DNA of 64,000 nucleotides from a virus: positions 1 through 64,000 of IMG/VR virus record IMGVR_UViG_3300021959_000011; one strand, given 5' to 3'. Under the pieces are notes generated by a model. That model was given only the letters and a program-made list of their open reading frames with translations, was not told where the DNA came from and searched no databases. Below, in pieces: positions 20,039 to 31,700 of this stretch (positions within the stretch are counted from its first letter, which is position 1; every line of letters starts with the position of its first letter). The position numbers were made by a program, and so were the translations under genes.

Positions 20039-23000
20039 ATATTGGATATCCTCTCACTATTCTAACTTCTTGGGAATAATTATAAAAATCTTCTTCACTT
20101 ACATCAATTTCACAATTTAATTTAAATGGAGAAATATCTTCCAAATATTCCATGGCCTCTGGTAAGTCTCCTAACGATCTCATTTGTTCATATATTTTAA
20201 GTTGATTTTCATATTCTTCTTTTGAAATTGCAAGTTCACCTTTTTCATATTCTGATTTAAAATTATTAATCAGAGTTTCAACATCTATATTATTTTCAGA
20301 ATTATCAAATCTAAAATGTCCATCTTCTCTCATTTTATTTATCCATTCAATTCTGTCTAAATAATCTCCTTTATAATATAATTTTTCTGGTAATTCATCA
20401 CTGGTAAATAAAAATCTATCTCTGTCATATGACCAATTATTGTGTACAGGAAATTCTAAATCAATTATTTTTCTAAGACCACGAGCAGTATCAATCTCTT
20501 GTCTAAATAGAATATTTTCTACAACAACATTATCTCTCAATACACCAATTTTTTTCAAATCAAAAGATACATTAGACCCCGTTACTACCAAAATTGTATA
20601 GTCTCCAGTTAAAGATCTTTCTGCTTGCAATGATGCAATTTCATTTGTAAGTCTTTCTATTTCAGTTGGGTCTGTCTCATTTGCTAGTTCTGCCTGTCTA
20701 TCTGAAATTATAATATCAATTTCTTGCAATGAATTTAAATTATTATAAGAATATTGAATATTTTTTGTCATTTCTTCAAATTCACCAAAAACGTTTTGTA
20801 CCTCTAATCCTACGATAGTTCTTGGTTGTTCACCCAATCCATCTCCTAAGTCTATAGGATATAATTCTTCATATAATACATCGGTAATTATGCCATGAGT
20901 CGAACCTTGAAATACTTTCTCTCCAACATTAAATCGGTTTACATCACTCAAAGGATTTTCTAAAATATATGTTAATGTACCTTTTGTTGAGTTAATTCCT
21001 AGTACACCTGTTTTTAATATTCTAGGAGTTAATAATTCAAAATCAGTATAGTCATAATCTAAAGGATAATGACCATGTTCTTGTACCCAAGATTCATAAG
21101 AGTATTTTCTTAGAAATTCATCGACTTCTCCAATACGACCTCTAACATATCTTTGATCTACCATTTCCAAACATTCTGGCAATCTCCCAGAACCCTGTAT
21201 AATTTCATATGTAAAGTTATATTTACCATCTCCAATTCCCCCACTATCTTTATCCATATCATGATCGACATATTCAAATTCATATAGAGTGTTAGATGGA
21301 TTGTTTGCCCCTGTAACAGTTTGTTTTATCCTATATTCTTGATCAAATGATCTGCCGTGCCTACCAGAAGGTCTACCATCACTTTCTTTCAGAAAGCCTG
21401 GAAATGGAATAAATTTAGTAGATGGATCTAATCTTGGCACTGGAATAACATCGTGTCCATATGCATTAGACCCACCATTTCTAGGGTGTCCTGATTCGAT
21501 TTTAAAATGTGGTATTATAATTTGTTTTAATTGATTATAATGAGAAATTCCAATATAATTATTTGAATATACAAATTCATATGGAGACTCTACATACTCT
21601 TGATACATACCACCATACATTGCAGAATTATGATCGTAGAATATAACAGCCTGTGTATCCATGACAGAATACTTACCAGTATTTTTAATATTGACTGCAT
21701 CCAGAATTATCTGTCTACCACCTCTAAACTCAAATAGTCCAAATTGTTTTTTAAATAAACTTTTACCATTTGTATTGGTTGTTGCAGTAGTTTTTGCAAA
21801 ATTAGAATCTGGAATATATGATATATCTGTTGGTGGTGTAATTTGAGGCACCATTCCAAATGTAGTATCTGTGTCTATATCAATATAAAAATAATTATAT
21901 AGATAAGTCTTATCTGGTTGACTATAATATGGTTTTATAGGTACAATAATATCTTGAGAACTACGAATTTCAAATTCAGTTCTAAATACTAAATCAGATT
22001 GTTCTGCATAAAATTTACCTTTAGGTTCTTGAATAGATTTAAACTTTTTAAAGTAATTATTGATAGGAACATTTGTTATATCTGGAGAACCAAAATATAA
22101 ATTCTTTTGTATAACTACATCATCTGGACTTTGATAATATAGTAAATCATTGAATATTTTATCCTGTGGTTTTGTGATTAATAGACCACTTGGACTCTTT
22201 ATCCAATCTGGTTCTTGATTATATAAGTGCGCGTATGAATTGTGCAACTCTTTAGCTTTACTTAAATCATAAGATAAATTTAATTCAAAATCTTTATCTA
22301 AAGTTGTCGAAGAGTATGTTATCTTTGAAGTAACTTCGCCTGTATCTTTTGCGCCTAAAATAATCTTATTGTCTGGAACTATTTGTTGGAATAACAAATT
22401 AGTTTCTTTTACATTAGATTTTATCAGAGAACTTTCATCTCTGGTAAATAACTCTGCGTGTACTAAATCTACAAATTCACCATAACTATCTGCAATAGTT
22501 GCCATTTTTGTTACTTGGTCTAAGTTATACCTTGCAAATTCTGAATTTTCTCCATGCAGAATATGTTCACCGTCACCTGATAGTAGGTGTTGTGCAGATT
22601 TTACTTGATTTTGTATTCTTTGTATGATATTTTTACTGAATATTCCAATATCACCAAGTTTAGATACAATAATGTCATCTGTATCATAATTTGATATTGC
22701 ATTTTGAACAATATCTCTACTAATACCAAGATCAAATTGTTTTGAATCTGTTCCGATATTACTTGTCACTAATTCCATTAGTTTGGATTTATCAGTAATG
22801 ATACTATCGAGTCTAGATAAGTTATTCCATATACTACCAATAATACCTGTTTCTGAATATCTATCAAGTCCAACATCTGTTATTTCAATGATGTTATTGA
22901 AACTGACAACATCTGTAGAAATTATTTCTACCTTTGTGGAGAAAATTTCTGCTATATATTCCGATCCACCAGTTTCATATGCATTACTTGCATACTCTAA

Positions 23001-23141
23001 AGTTTGTCCATCATCTTGAGTATAACGAAATAAATTATAATATTCTATTGTTACAGATGAATCGCGCTCAAATACATAATTCCATCTTTTAGTGGTTTTA
23101 ATCTGTGTTTGTACACCGCCGGAGGTAAAAAATTGTGGCAT
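20022..23141 (-). CDS. Large hypothetical virion protein whose gene overlaps the PAAR gene start
   Basis: 1039-aa ORF, 17-nt overlap with the PAAR start; FNVGEKVFQG motif and a short coiled coil. Confidence 0.7.
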   Translation of the reverse strand: MPQFFTSGGVQTQIKTTKRWNYVFERDSSVTIEYYNLFRYTQDDGQTLEYASNAYETGGSEYIAEIFSTKVEIISTDVVSFNNIIEITDVGLDRYSETGIIGSIWNNLSRLDSIITDKSKLMELVTSNIGTDSKQFDLGISRDIVQNAISNYDTDDIIVSKLGDIGIFSKNIIQRIQNQVKSAQHLLSGDGEHILHGENSEFARYNLDQVTKMATIADSYGEFVDLVHAELFTRDESSLIKSNVKETNLLFQQIVPDNKIILGAKDTGEVTSKITYSSTTLDKDFELNLSYDLSKAKELHNSYAHLYNQEPDWIKSPSGLLITKPQDKIFNDLLYYQSPDDVVIQKNLYFGSPDITNVPINNYFKKFKSIQEPKGKFYAEQSDLVFRTEFEIRSSQDIIVPIKPYYSQPDKTYLYNYFYIDIDTDTTFGMVPQITPPTDISYIPDSNFAKTTATTNTNGKSLFKKQFGLFEFRGGRQIILDAVNIKNTGKYSVMDTQAVIFYDHNSAMYGGMYQEYVESPYEFVYSNNYIGISHYNQLKQIIIPHFKIESGHPRNGGSNAYGHDVIPVPRLDPSTKFIPFPGFLKESDGRPSGRHGRSFDQEYRIKQTVTGANNPSNTLYEFEYVDHDMDKDSGGIGDGKYNFTYEIIQGSGRLPECLEMVDQRYVRGRIGEVDEFLRKYSYESWVQEHGHYPLDYDYTDFELLTPRILKTGVLGINSTKGTLTYILENPLSDVNRFNVGEKVFQGSTHGIITDVLYEELYPIDLGDGLGEQPRTIVGLEVQNVFGEFEEMTKNIQYSYNNLNSLQEIDIIISDRQAELANETDPTEIERLTNEIASLQAERSLTGDYTILVVTGSNVSFDLKKIGVLRDNVVVENILFRQEIDTARGLRKIIDLEFPVHNNWSYDRDRFLFTSDELPEKLYYKGDYLDRIEWINKMREDGHFRFDNSENNIDVETLINNFKSEYEKGELAISKEEYENQLKIYEQMRSLGDLPEAMEYLEDISPFKLNCEIDVSEEDFYNYSQEVRIVRGYPIYASCN

Positions 23142-23142
23142 A

Positions 23143-25461
23143 TTATAACCTTATCTGCCACATGGAATTGTCTCTTGCGACAAATGGGCCCACGAATGTA
23201 TTTAATTCAATAGTAGATGGTACTGGGTTTAACTTATAAAATGTCACAGTTCCATCTCTTAGTTGTATGATACCTTTTGATGCGGCACCATTATTTTCAT
23301 CTGGAGAAATTTCTGCGCCGATTTCGCCAAGTTGTTCTCCACTAGATGCACCTATACCAGTTTCATCTTCTCCAGTTTCACTGCCAGTATTTGTTGTTGT
23401 AGATTCATCTTCTCCAGTATCACTACCAGTATTTGTTGTTGTAGATTCATCTTCTCCAGTATCTGCACCAGTAACTAATGTTGTAGATTCATCTTCTCCA
23501 GTATCTGTGCCAGTGACTAATGTTGTAGATTCATCTTCTCCGTCATCTGTACCAGTATTTGTTGTTGTAGATTCATCTTCGCCAGTTTCACCACCAGTGA
23601 CTAATGTTGTAGATTCATCTTCGCCAGTTTCACCACCAGTGACTAATGTTGTAGATTCATCTTCGCCAGTTTCACCACCAGTAATTAACGTTGTAGATTC
23701 ATCTTCTCCAGTTTCACCACCAGTAATTAACGTTGTAGATTCATCTTCTACTTCATCTTGACCTGTATTTTTTTCTGAAACTTCGTCTTGTATTTGTTCA
23801 TCGCCAGTAATAACTGTACTAGATTCATCTACTACATCCTCAGAACCAGTTGTATTTGTTGATGCATCGTCAAGAATTTCTTCTCCCGATAAATTTAATA
23901 TACTAGTAGAATTTTCTACTACAAATTTTTCAAATTCTTCAAAAGTTTCAAATAAATTAAAGTTTAAGAAATCTTCATCTTCTGATAATGATGTGAATAT
24001 AATTGATAGTATATTTTCTATATCTTCTGGAGTTGCAAAATCTAAAGTTGCAAGTTGTATTTTTTCTACAAACCCTTGAATATCTAACTGATTGATTGCT
24101 TCTAATAGAGTAGTATCAGTTATATCTAGAGTAATTCCTTCGGATACTTCTATTTCATTGAATAAGAAATTTATAAAAAATTCTTCTATTTCGGACAAAT
24201 CTTCGAAGTTTACATTTGAAAGTTCTAATTTATCAGTATCTTCACTAAATACCTTATTCAATAATTCATTTAATGTTGTTTCTTCTAAAGTTTTTAACTG
24301 AGTAGATGCAACAGTTTCAATTAATTCACTAAATTGAGTATCTTTAGATTCTACTATATCATCTAAATTAGTTAAAACTTTTTGTGTTAATTCTTCTGTG
24401 ATCTTTTCGATAATTGTGGGTACAACCGTAGTTTCAATTACTTCTTGAACACCTTGAATTACACTCTTTTGCAATTCTTCGTTGTCAGTAGTATCACCAA
24501 TATTTAAATTACTAGATGCTTCTACTACAACTTCTTCTATGAAACTTTGGAGTGAAATTTGTTCTTTAATTGTTTCAACAATAAGTTTTTCGGAAAGAGA
24601 CTGCAATTCCTCCTTTGGTAAAGGTTCTATATACTCTCTACGAACTTCATCTGAAATATCTGAATCAGAAATTTCTTCTGGGGCCTCCCCTTGGGAAACA
24701 TTCGATATACCACTAGATGATAACGCTTCTGCGGCGGCGATAAGTGATGTTTTAGTTTCTTCTACTATTTGTTCAATTGCATTGGCCAATAAAGCTTTTG
24801 TTGATTCTTCTTTTGGCTGAGTTGAAGGTAATATTGTTAGAGCAGAATCATTTACTTCAGAATCAGTTACTGCAACAATAACAGTTTGTGGTATAATTTC
24901 ATCACTACTTTGAACTAAGTCAGAACCTTCGTCAATTTTTTCGAAAGACTTTTCTGTTGGTGAAACGGATACCGTTTCTACTTCATTTGTTGTTGTATTA
25001 CTCGATTCAGATTCAAATTCGGAAACTGGGCCCGTTGTTGTTGCAGATACAGATTCTGTTTCAATAGCAACGTCCGATACAGGACTAGTACTACTTTCTG
25101 GTATCGCAATATTTCCAGTAGAAGAAAAAGTACTAAAAGATTCTATTTGAGAATTATCAGTATTATATAATTCAACCCACCATTCAAGTGTTGTGCCGTC
25201 TACATCATAATAATACTTCGTGAGAGTATCTATAGTGGGAGTATATATTTTTAGTTGGAAAGTGTCACCATTGGATATGGTAGCAGAATTTCCTTGATTT
25301 GTACCATTGACAATAATATCACCAGTTGAAAATGTCACTGATGCGGGAGCAACTAGTCCAGATATTGTCAGTTCGACAGACGAAACCTCGGCAGGAGAGG
25401 TTAATCCTGTCTCGGCAAGAACGTAATCTTGCAAAAAGAATATTTCAGTAATAGTTGCCAT
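23143..25461 (-). CDS. Highly acidic protein with 14-aa tandem repeats
   Basis: 772 aa, very rich in E/D/S/T; GEDESTTLVTGGET-type repeats near the C-terminus. Confidence 0.8.
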   Translation of the reverse strand: MATITEIFFLQDYVLAETGLTSPAEVSSVELTISGLVAPASVTFSTGDIIVNGTNQGNSATISNGDTFQLKIYTPTIDTLTKYYYDVDGTTLEWWVELYNTDNSQIESFSTFSSTGNIAIPESSTSPVSDVAIETESVSATTTGPVSEFESESSNTTTNEVETVSVSPTEKSFEKIDEGSDLVQSSDEIIPQTVIVAVTDSEVNDSALTILPSTQPKEESTKALLANAIEQIVEETKTSLIAAAEALSSSGISNVSQGEAPEEISDSDISDEVRREYIEPLPKEELQSLSEKLIVETIKEQISLQSFIEEVVVEASSNLNIGDTTDNEELQKSVIQGVQEVIETTVVPTIIEKITEELTQKVLTNLDDIVESKDTQFSELIETVASTQLKTLEETTLNELLNKVFSEDTDKLELSNVNFEDLSEIEEFFINFLFNEIEVSEGITLDITDTTLLEAINQLDIQGFVEKIQLATLDFATPEDIENILSIIFTSLSEDEDFLNFNLFETFEEFEKFVVENSTSILNLSGEEILDDASTNTTGSEDVVDESSTVITGDEQIQDEVSEKNTGQDEVEDESTTLITGGETGEDESTTLITGGETGEDESTTLVTGGETGEDESTTLVTGGETGEDESTTTNTGTDDGEDESTTLVTGTDTGEDESTTLVTGADTGEDESTTTNTGSDTGEDESTTTNTGSETGEDETGIGASSGEQLGEIGAEISPDENNGAASKGIIQLRDGTVTFYKLNPVPSTIELNTFVGPFVARDNSMWQIRL
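23371..23750 (-). repeat. 42-bp in-frame tandem repeat, 9 well-conserved copies plus degenerate flanks
   Basis: AGATTCATCTTC recurs at 42-bp spacing from 23401 to 23737; encodes (G/V)EDESTT(LI/LV/TN)TG(G/T/A/S)(E/D)(T/D). Confidence 0.95.
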
Positions 25462-25468
25462 TTGTTAC

Positions 25469-25476
25469 TATTTATG
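25469..25476 (-). promoter_or_regulatory. Late promoter variant CATAAATA
   Basis: 7 nt upstream of the 25461 ATG, downstream of a terminator. Confidence 0.6.
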
Positions 25477-25498
25477 AATTAAATTGCCGAGAACAAAT

Positions 25499-25525
25499 AA
25501 AAAGGGGGATAAATCCCCCTTTTTT
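25499..25525 (-). terminator. Rho-independent terminator (potentially bidirectional)
   Basis: AAAAAGGGGGAT-AA-ATCCCCCTTTTTT inverted repeat about 25 nt after the stop of the 1049-aa gene. Confidence 0.85.
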
Positions 25526-25550
25526 CTACTTTATTTTTAAATTATAATTA

Positions 25551-28500
25551 CTATAGTCTTACTGTCCAATCAGAATATTCTGGTCTAATTGGTCCACCAC
25601 GTACTAGAGTGAAAATACGCATTCCATTACCATCTGACTTCGTTGATTGCATCCCTGCATATGTTCTATTTGCAGATGTTGTTGCTGTATCAGTACCTGT
25701 ATGCCATGTGTATGCTGCTCGGTAATCCAATGCATCTGATGGTTTAAGTGTAGATGTGCCGGCGGTTCCCCCACCAACACTACTATCTTGTTCTCCATCT
25801 AAATCATATTTTGGAGATGTGGCTGTACCAACATTGGTAATTCCACCTTCAGTTGATGAATCTGCACCTGAGAAACAAATTAAATCCATTTCTGAGTTTG
25901 GATATATATATCTTTGAGATGCCATTGGTGTTGGAAAATTAAACACAAAGGTTTTATCTTGAGTAATAGATAATTGTTCAACTGGATTGATAATAGCAGG
26001 ACTATCAACTTGTGGAATAACTGCAGAGACATGATAATCCCAAGGTTTTAATACATCATATTCTCTTACAACAAACCTATAAATTCCTTTTGCCTCTCTA
26101 TGCATATCTGTCCAGTGTTTTGGAAAATCTGGATCTTCTGGTACTTCTATTAAATATAAGTTTTGTGCTTCTGGGTCTTCTGCATAATTTTGTAGTTGCA
26201 TTTTCAAGACTTGACCTTCGGATAAAGATTCTCTAAGGAATACGGAATCTACTGGTAAACTATATACATATGTATTTAAACTAGTACCTTGAAATGATGC
26301 AGTATTTGCAGGCCACAATACATCACCAGTAGAATTTACTGTATATTCGTATGGATTCCTTGCATGATCTAATTCAACATTCTCGACAAATACATTCAAC
26401 CTTGCGGCATCTTCTAATTGTGCAGTTCCATCTCCTTGTCGGCCATATGGATTGATATATTTATTTAGATAACCAGCACCTTTCCATCTATATTTGACAC
26501 GTACTTTGGGGGTTGTATCTGTGCCCAATGTAGGATTAGTGTTGGTGGAGCTGATGGTGGTGTTGCGAAAGACGACCCCACCAATTTCCAAAGGATTGCC
26601 CGATGGATGAAGAAAACTCATTTTGTGCGAAACCATTTCTTGAGTTGTTAGTGTAGAACCAGTATATACTGCTGGGGTAACTGAGTCTATTTCAAATTTA
26701 TAATCAACTCCTTCAACTAATACTGCATGTACTGAATCGTTGTCAATCGTGTCAAGTAATACAACTTCTTCAATTTCTAATCCCAACATAGCTGGACCAA
26801 GTTTATCGTTATATGCTGCATCATATTGGTTTACTGTTATGTAATCGTATGAATTGACCGTTGTTATGTTCGTGGTTCTCTGCGCGGTGGCTTGATCATC
26901 TACATAACCACCACCAGAAACACTTTGCAAAGCCACTGTTTTGGTTGAAGCAGATGTACCAGTTGGAGTATTATAAATTTTCTGGGCATTTGGTCCACTA
27001 TAATTTATACCACTACCATATTCATTTGCTTGTATAGGTAAACTATCGGTTATAATAGAAATATCTATTTGGTTTCCTGGCTTCAATCTTCTGCCAGAAG
27101 CATCATATATATTTTGTAAATCTGTAGAGACTGTAGTTGTTTGAAATGGAGTTGTAGCAAAATCTAAATTCTTCTCAAAAGATGAGTAATATCCAGCATT
27201 TTGTTCTGAAGTCTCAAAAGGTCTTTTACTTGGGGAATATACACAATGCACAGGAGACTTACCATCTTCAAATTCGATTTTACCCGAAGAATTATCCACA
27301 TGTCTCTGTATAACAAACCATGCATAATCATCATCTTGATCTACAGATGCCTGATCAAACATAAATAGAGAAGTACCATGATCTGTACATGTCAATCTAT
27401 AAGTAATTGGATATGTATTATTTGTATCAGATGATGTTTTACCTTGTCTACGGAAAAATCCTGCTTTTGCCTTTGCTCCTTGTATGCCTGGCGCAAAATA
27501 AATTTCGGCCAACTCGCCCGGCAGTCTAAACACGGACTTCTTCGTACCATCTCTATCCTGCCCTCTAGTAGTATCACCATTATCTAGAAGTTGATATTTT
27601 GTACCAACGTTAACATGCACGTAATCATCTCTTTCGTCATAATAGAAACGAATTCTCCATTTTTGTGGAGAGCGTCTTTGTCTAACTGGCGATGGTAAAT
27701 TCAAATTTGTAGGTATGGCCTCTGAAACTGAATTAATATCTGATCTAGATGACAATAAGTCGGTTGCCTTTTCAGATTCTACTACTAGTAAATTACCAAC
27801 TCTACGAATTGCCTTCATAACAGCAGTATGATCTTGTTGTCCGTTTACATCAATTGAAATTGGTGTTGTTGAAGTTTCCGTTTCATATGGATAAATCAAA
27901 TTATAAGGTTGAACCTCAACTTCATCTGCCGGAATAATTAGAGACCACTCTCCTTTAGAATAAACTTTATCGCCCGCAGTAACTTGGGAAAACGGAACAT
28001 CTACAGTTGCAGTAATGGTAGTACCATCGGTAATAGATGCAATTGTTGCAATACCAGTACCAGAAACTTCTCTAATTCGTTTACCTACAAGTGTAGTAGA
28101 AGCAGACCCATCTACTAACCAACTACCTACTGGTGCATCACTAAATTCCGCAATCATAGTTGCACCAACTCCTGTTGCACCAGTTACTGTTAGTGGTGCA
28201 ACAGTTTGAGATTGATTTTCGAATGTTGATGTAAAGTTATTTTTATATGGATGTAAACATAAATCTAATGCAAGATTTCTCAAAACACCATCTTCATATT
28301 CAGTATAGTTTTCTGGATTTATAAAATATACTATTTTTATAGTTGCACCAGATGTAGGAATTTTTCCAGTATTAAACAAAATATAACCGTTTGGAGTTTG
28401 AATTACTCCACTGCCTGGATCATATGTTTGTTGGTCACTGAATAAAAAATCACCACTATCTGGATATGTATCGTCGCCGGTATAATTGTCTGCAATTAAT

Positions 28501-28700
28501 TCATTAAATTCATTTACAAAAATTCTTACTGAAGCAATATCGGCCAAACCAAGATCTGGCAATCTTTTGAGTGGTAAATGTCTAGTGACACCATCACTCA
28601 CAAAATATTCCGCATAGGTTGGTTGCATAACACTAGTAATTTCAGTTCTTTGTACTGAAAATCCAGCTGATGCGAATGGTTGCGTTAAAGTAGATGCCAT
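25551..28700 (-). CDS. Virion structural protein, KPWD/GNGMR paralog family member 2
   Basis: 1049 aa; QKWRIRF, VGTKYQLLDNG, YPITYRLTCTDHG, DDDYAWFVIQRHVD, SPVHCVYS, RFVVREYDVLKPWD, DGNGMRI. Confidence 0.75.
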   Translation of the reverse strand: MASTLTQPFASAGFSVQRTEITSVMQPTYAEYFVSDGVTRHLPLKRLPDLGLADIASVRIFVNEFNELIADNYTGDDTYPDSGDFLFSDQQTYDPGSGVIQTPNGYILFNTGKIPTSGATIKIVYFINPENYTEYEDGVLRNLALDLCLHPYKNNFTSTFENQSQTVAPLTVTGATGVGATMIAEFSDAPVGSWLVDGSASTTLVGKRIREVSGTGIATIASITDGTTITATVDVPFSQVTAGDKVYSKGEWSLIIPADEVEVQPYNLIYPYETETSTTPISIDVNGQQDHTAVMKAIRRVGNLLVVESEKATDLLSSRSDINSVSEAIPTNLNLPSPVRQRRSPQKWRIRFYYDERDDYVHVNVGTKYQLLDNGDTTRGQDRDGTKKSVFRLPGELAEIYFAPGIQGAKAKAGFFRRQGKTSSDTNNTYPITYRLTCTDHGTSLFMFDQASVDQDDDYAWFVIQRHVDNSSGKIEFEDGKSPVHCVYSPSKRPFETSEQNAGYYSSFEKNLDFATTPFQTTTVSTDLQNIYDASGRRLKPGNQIDISIITDSLPIQANEYGSGINYSGPNAQKIYNTPTGTSASTKTVALQSVSGGGYVDDQATAQRTTNITTVNSYDYITVNQYDAAYNDKLGPAMLGLEIEEVVLLDTIDNDSVHAVLVEGVDYKFEIDSVTPAVYTGSTLTTQEMVSHKMSFLHPSGNPLEIGGVVFRNTTISSTNTNPTLGTDTTPKVRVKYRWKGAGYLNKYINPYGRQGDGTAQLEDAARLNVFVENVELDHARNPYEYTVNSTGDVLWPANTASFQGTSLNTYVYSLPVDSVFLRESLSEGQVLKMQLQNYAEDPEAQNLYLIEVPEDPDFPKHWTDMHREAKGIYRFVVREYDVLKPWDYHVSAVIPQVDSPAIINPVEQLSITQDKTFVFNFPTPMASQRYIYPNSEMDLICFSGADSSTEGGITNVGTATSPKYDLDGEQDSSVGGGTAGTSTLKPSDALDYRAAYTWHTGTDTATTSANRTYAGMQSTKSDGNGMRIFTLVRGGPIRPEYSDWTVRL

Positions 28701-28731
28701 CTTTTATTTACCCCATATGTTTGTTTATCTA

Positions 28732-28739
28732 TATTTATA
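28732..28739 (-). promoter_or_regulatory. T4-type late promoter TATAAATA
   Basis: Exact consensus upstream of 28700. Confidence 0.75.
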
Positions 28740-28754
28740 ATCATCATTATAATA

Positions 28755-31700
28755 CTACGCTGGAGCGCCACCTTCATTGGTATCAGTAAATTTGATACTA
28801 CTACCGGCAGTTTGCATAAAGATCCTCATTCCATTTCCGTTTGGTAATGTACTCATCATACCTTCATATCTTCTTTTATTTTTCTTCCAGTAGTATTTCT
28901 GTCCATCTGGTCCTACATGTCCAGCGTATGGGTGTGCAGTACCAGCGGATGTTACATCAAAACCTTGTCCACCAACTGTAAACTGTGCATTCAAACCATC
29001 AGAATCTGTATATTTTTCAATTTCAATACTACCTGATTGAGTACTAAAGTCTGCAGAAGAAACTGTAATCAAATCAAGTTCACTTCTTGGATAATAAAAT
29101 CTTTGTGATGTAAGTTGAGTTGGGAATGAGAATACAAAGTCTCTATCCTGTGTAATTGACAACTGTTCTTGTGGATTAATAATTGCATTTGAATCAATTT
29201 CATGCATAGTTGCAGATACGTGGAAATCCCAAGGTTTTAATACATCCTGTTCTCTAACAACAAATCTATTAATTGTTTTTTGGAAATTTTGATTTCTCTC
29301 TGGAAAATCCCTATCTTCAGGTGTTTCGATATAATATGCGTTTCCTGCTGGGTCCGCAAATACGTAATTAATTAATTTAACAGTTAATGCTGCACTAGGT
29401 CTTGGTGCATCTCTAAACAATAATGTTTGGTTAAAGAAATCATAGATATATACATTTTTAGTTGGGTCTAATAATGACCAAATTGGATCGCCAGGCAATC
29501 TACCATTCACAGACGCACCAGTTAGATTTGTATATTTACTAATATTTAATCCAGTTGATGAATTTACAGGAGTCTTATATTTATCACCAAAGATTTCCCA
29601 CAATGCATAAATGAAGTGTATTTTATATGCCTCTTTTGTTGTTGGGTTTATAACACTACATGCCATACTCGCACCACCAGTGGGATCGGTTGGATTGTAT
29701 ACGGTCCAATCAAGGTCTACACCTTCCTTATATGTTGCAGCATTTTGTGATGTACCATCAAAAATTTCTTTAATATAATCTGGTACTGCTGCAGTAGATT
29801 CAACTGGTAGTTTAAAACTACTACCCAATTTAGTTACACCAGCGGCATCAAGTGATTGTATAAATCTATGACCTGTTGATGGATCTCCCATTCTTACCCA
29901 CTGGTCATAATTAAGAATATATGCATCTGTATCTCTAATCAATTCTTGTCCATCAATAGCAACAATCAAAGAATCTAAAACCTTCGTTTGGTTTGCTTGA
30001 TTTTCGTTGTATAGAATGTCCAACATTGCATATGAAGGGTCTGACCAATCTCCAGGCGCTGCGCCGGTTGCACCATCTGGAATACCATCGGTTGCATCAG
30101 TTGCGGCAGTTACAAAAGTAGAAACACGTTCAATTCTATTTTCTGGATAAATTACATTACCAGAAAAATGTGGAGCTAGTCTAGAATCCATAACCCAACT
30201 AGAGCCTTTGGATTTTGCAGTAGAAGATACACCATCTCTAGGCAACTCTGTAAACCCGACAATTTCTAAATCATTAACTCTCTCGTTTGAAGTTATCGTC
30301 GTAAAATCTGCTGGAAAATTGAATGCACTTGGATCAAAAGTAGCTGGATCTGTTACTTGCCACTGATAACCTTTCAACCAATAATCCGTTGTTTGAGTCA
30401 TTTTAGAACCAACGATACCAACATCTAATTCTTTTTTCTCTCCAGTACTGTCTCCAGACGCATCAGTACCTGTCAAATACCCTTTACCTGTAAAGTCTAG
30501 TGCGTTTACCGTACCATTAAACATTGTCTCTGTTGGGTCAAAATAAAGTGTTGGGCCTTCTGTTTCCAACATTTGTCCTAATGATGTATAAAGATTTGGT
30601 GTCTTTGTTAAATCATTAATATCAGATGCGGCATAGTATTGGTTTAAATCTGCAATATCTATTGGTCTTTTACATGGAGAATACACACAGTGGACAGGAG
30701 ACTTTCCAGTAAACTCTGGTTGTCCTGTTGTTTGGTCTACGTGTCTCTGTACAACAAACCACGCATAATCATCATCTTGATCTACAGATGCTTGTTCCCA
30801 CATAAAGAAACCCATACCATGGTCAGTAATAGTAATTCTATATGATAAAGGATATGTTCGTGCAGTATCGTCTATATCTTTTTGAGATCTTCTATAAAAA
30901 TCTGATTTAGACTTAATTAATTGATAAGTACTACCTCTACCAACATTAGGTTCTTTATAGATATCACACAGTTCTCCAGGCTCTCTAGATACTGGACCTT
31001 TGATACCATCTCTAGATTGTCCTTTTGTCACAGACATGTCATCAAGTAATTGGTATGAAGTTGCAACATTAACTCTTACAGATGCAAGTTTTCTATCCCA
31101 TTCAAAACGCAATCTCCATTTTTGGGGTTTACGATTTGAAGTAGGAGATGTATATTCTGGTGTCAATGTGTCATCAGACAACAAATCTACCCCTTTAGAT
31201 GATTCAACTAAAAATTTATCACTGATATCTCTTAGTGCATATTCAACATCTACTTTATTATTGGATAATGGTTTTGGATAAATCAAGTTAAATGCAGGTG
31301 CATATGTATCAACTTCTTCGTATTCAATCAAAAAGATGCTACCAGCATCAATATATGAATTTTGATCCGAAGTTGCCAGAACTTGACCACCACCGTCAGT
31401 ATTGACTGTAAATGTTTGATTTGCTGCATCCCAATTTAAATCTAATATTGCATATTGTTGTGAAGAAGTGGCGGGAATAAATACAATACCATCATTCGCA
31501 ACAAATGCATGGTTTACACCACTTATTGCAGTTTGAATTGGACCCAATCCAGCCTTTCCTACTAATGCACCATATGGAACATCTAAAGAATGTTTCCAAT
31601 GATATCCGATTGCAACATTAACATTATTGAGATCTGCTGAGTCTACCCATGTAATTTCTGAACCAGCAAGTAATGTAATAGTACTTCTTCTAGTCGCGTC

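Noticed and set aside
23371-23750. 42-bp periodic array as a CRISPR
   Set aside because: Units are contiguous, in frame and have no unique spacers; no cas genes; it is a coding repeat
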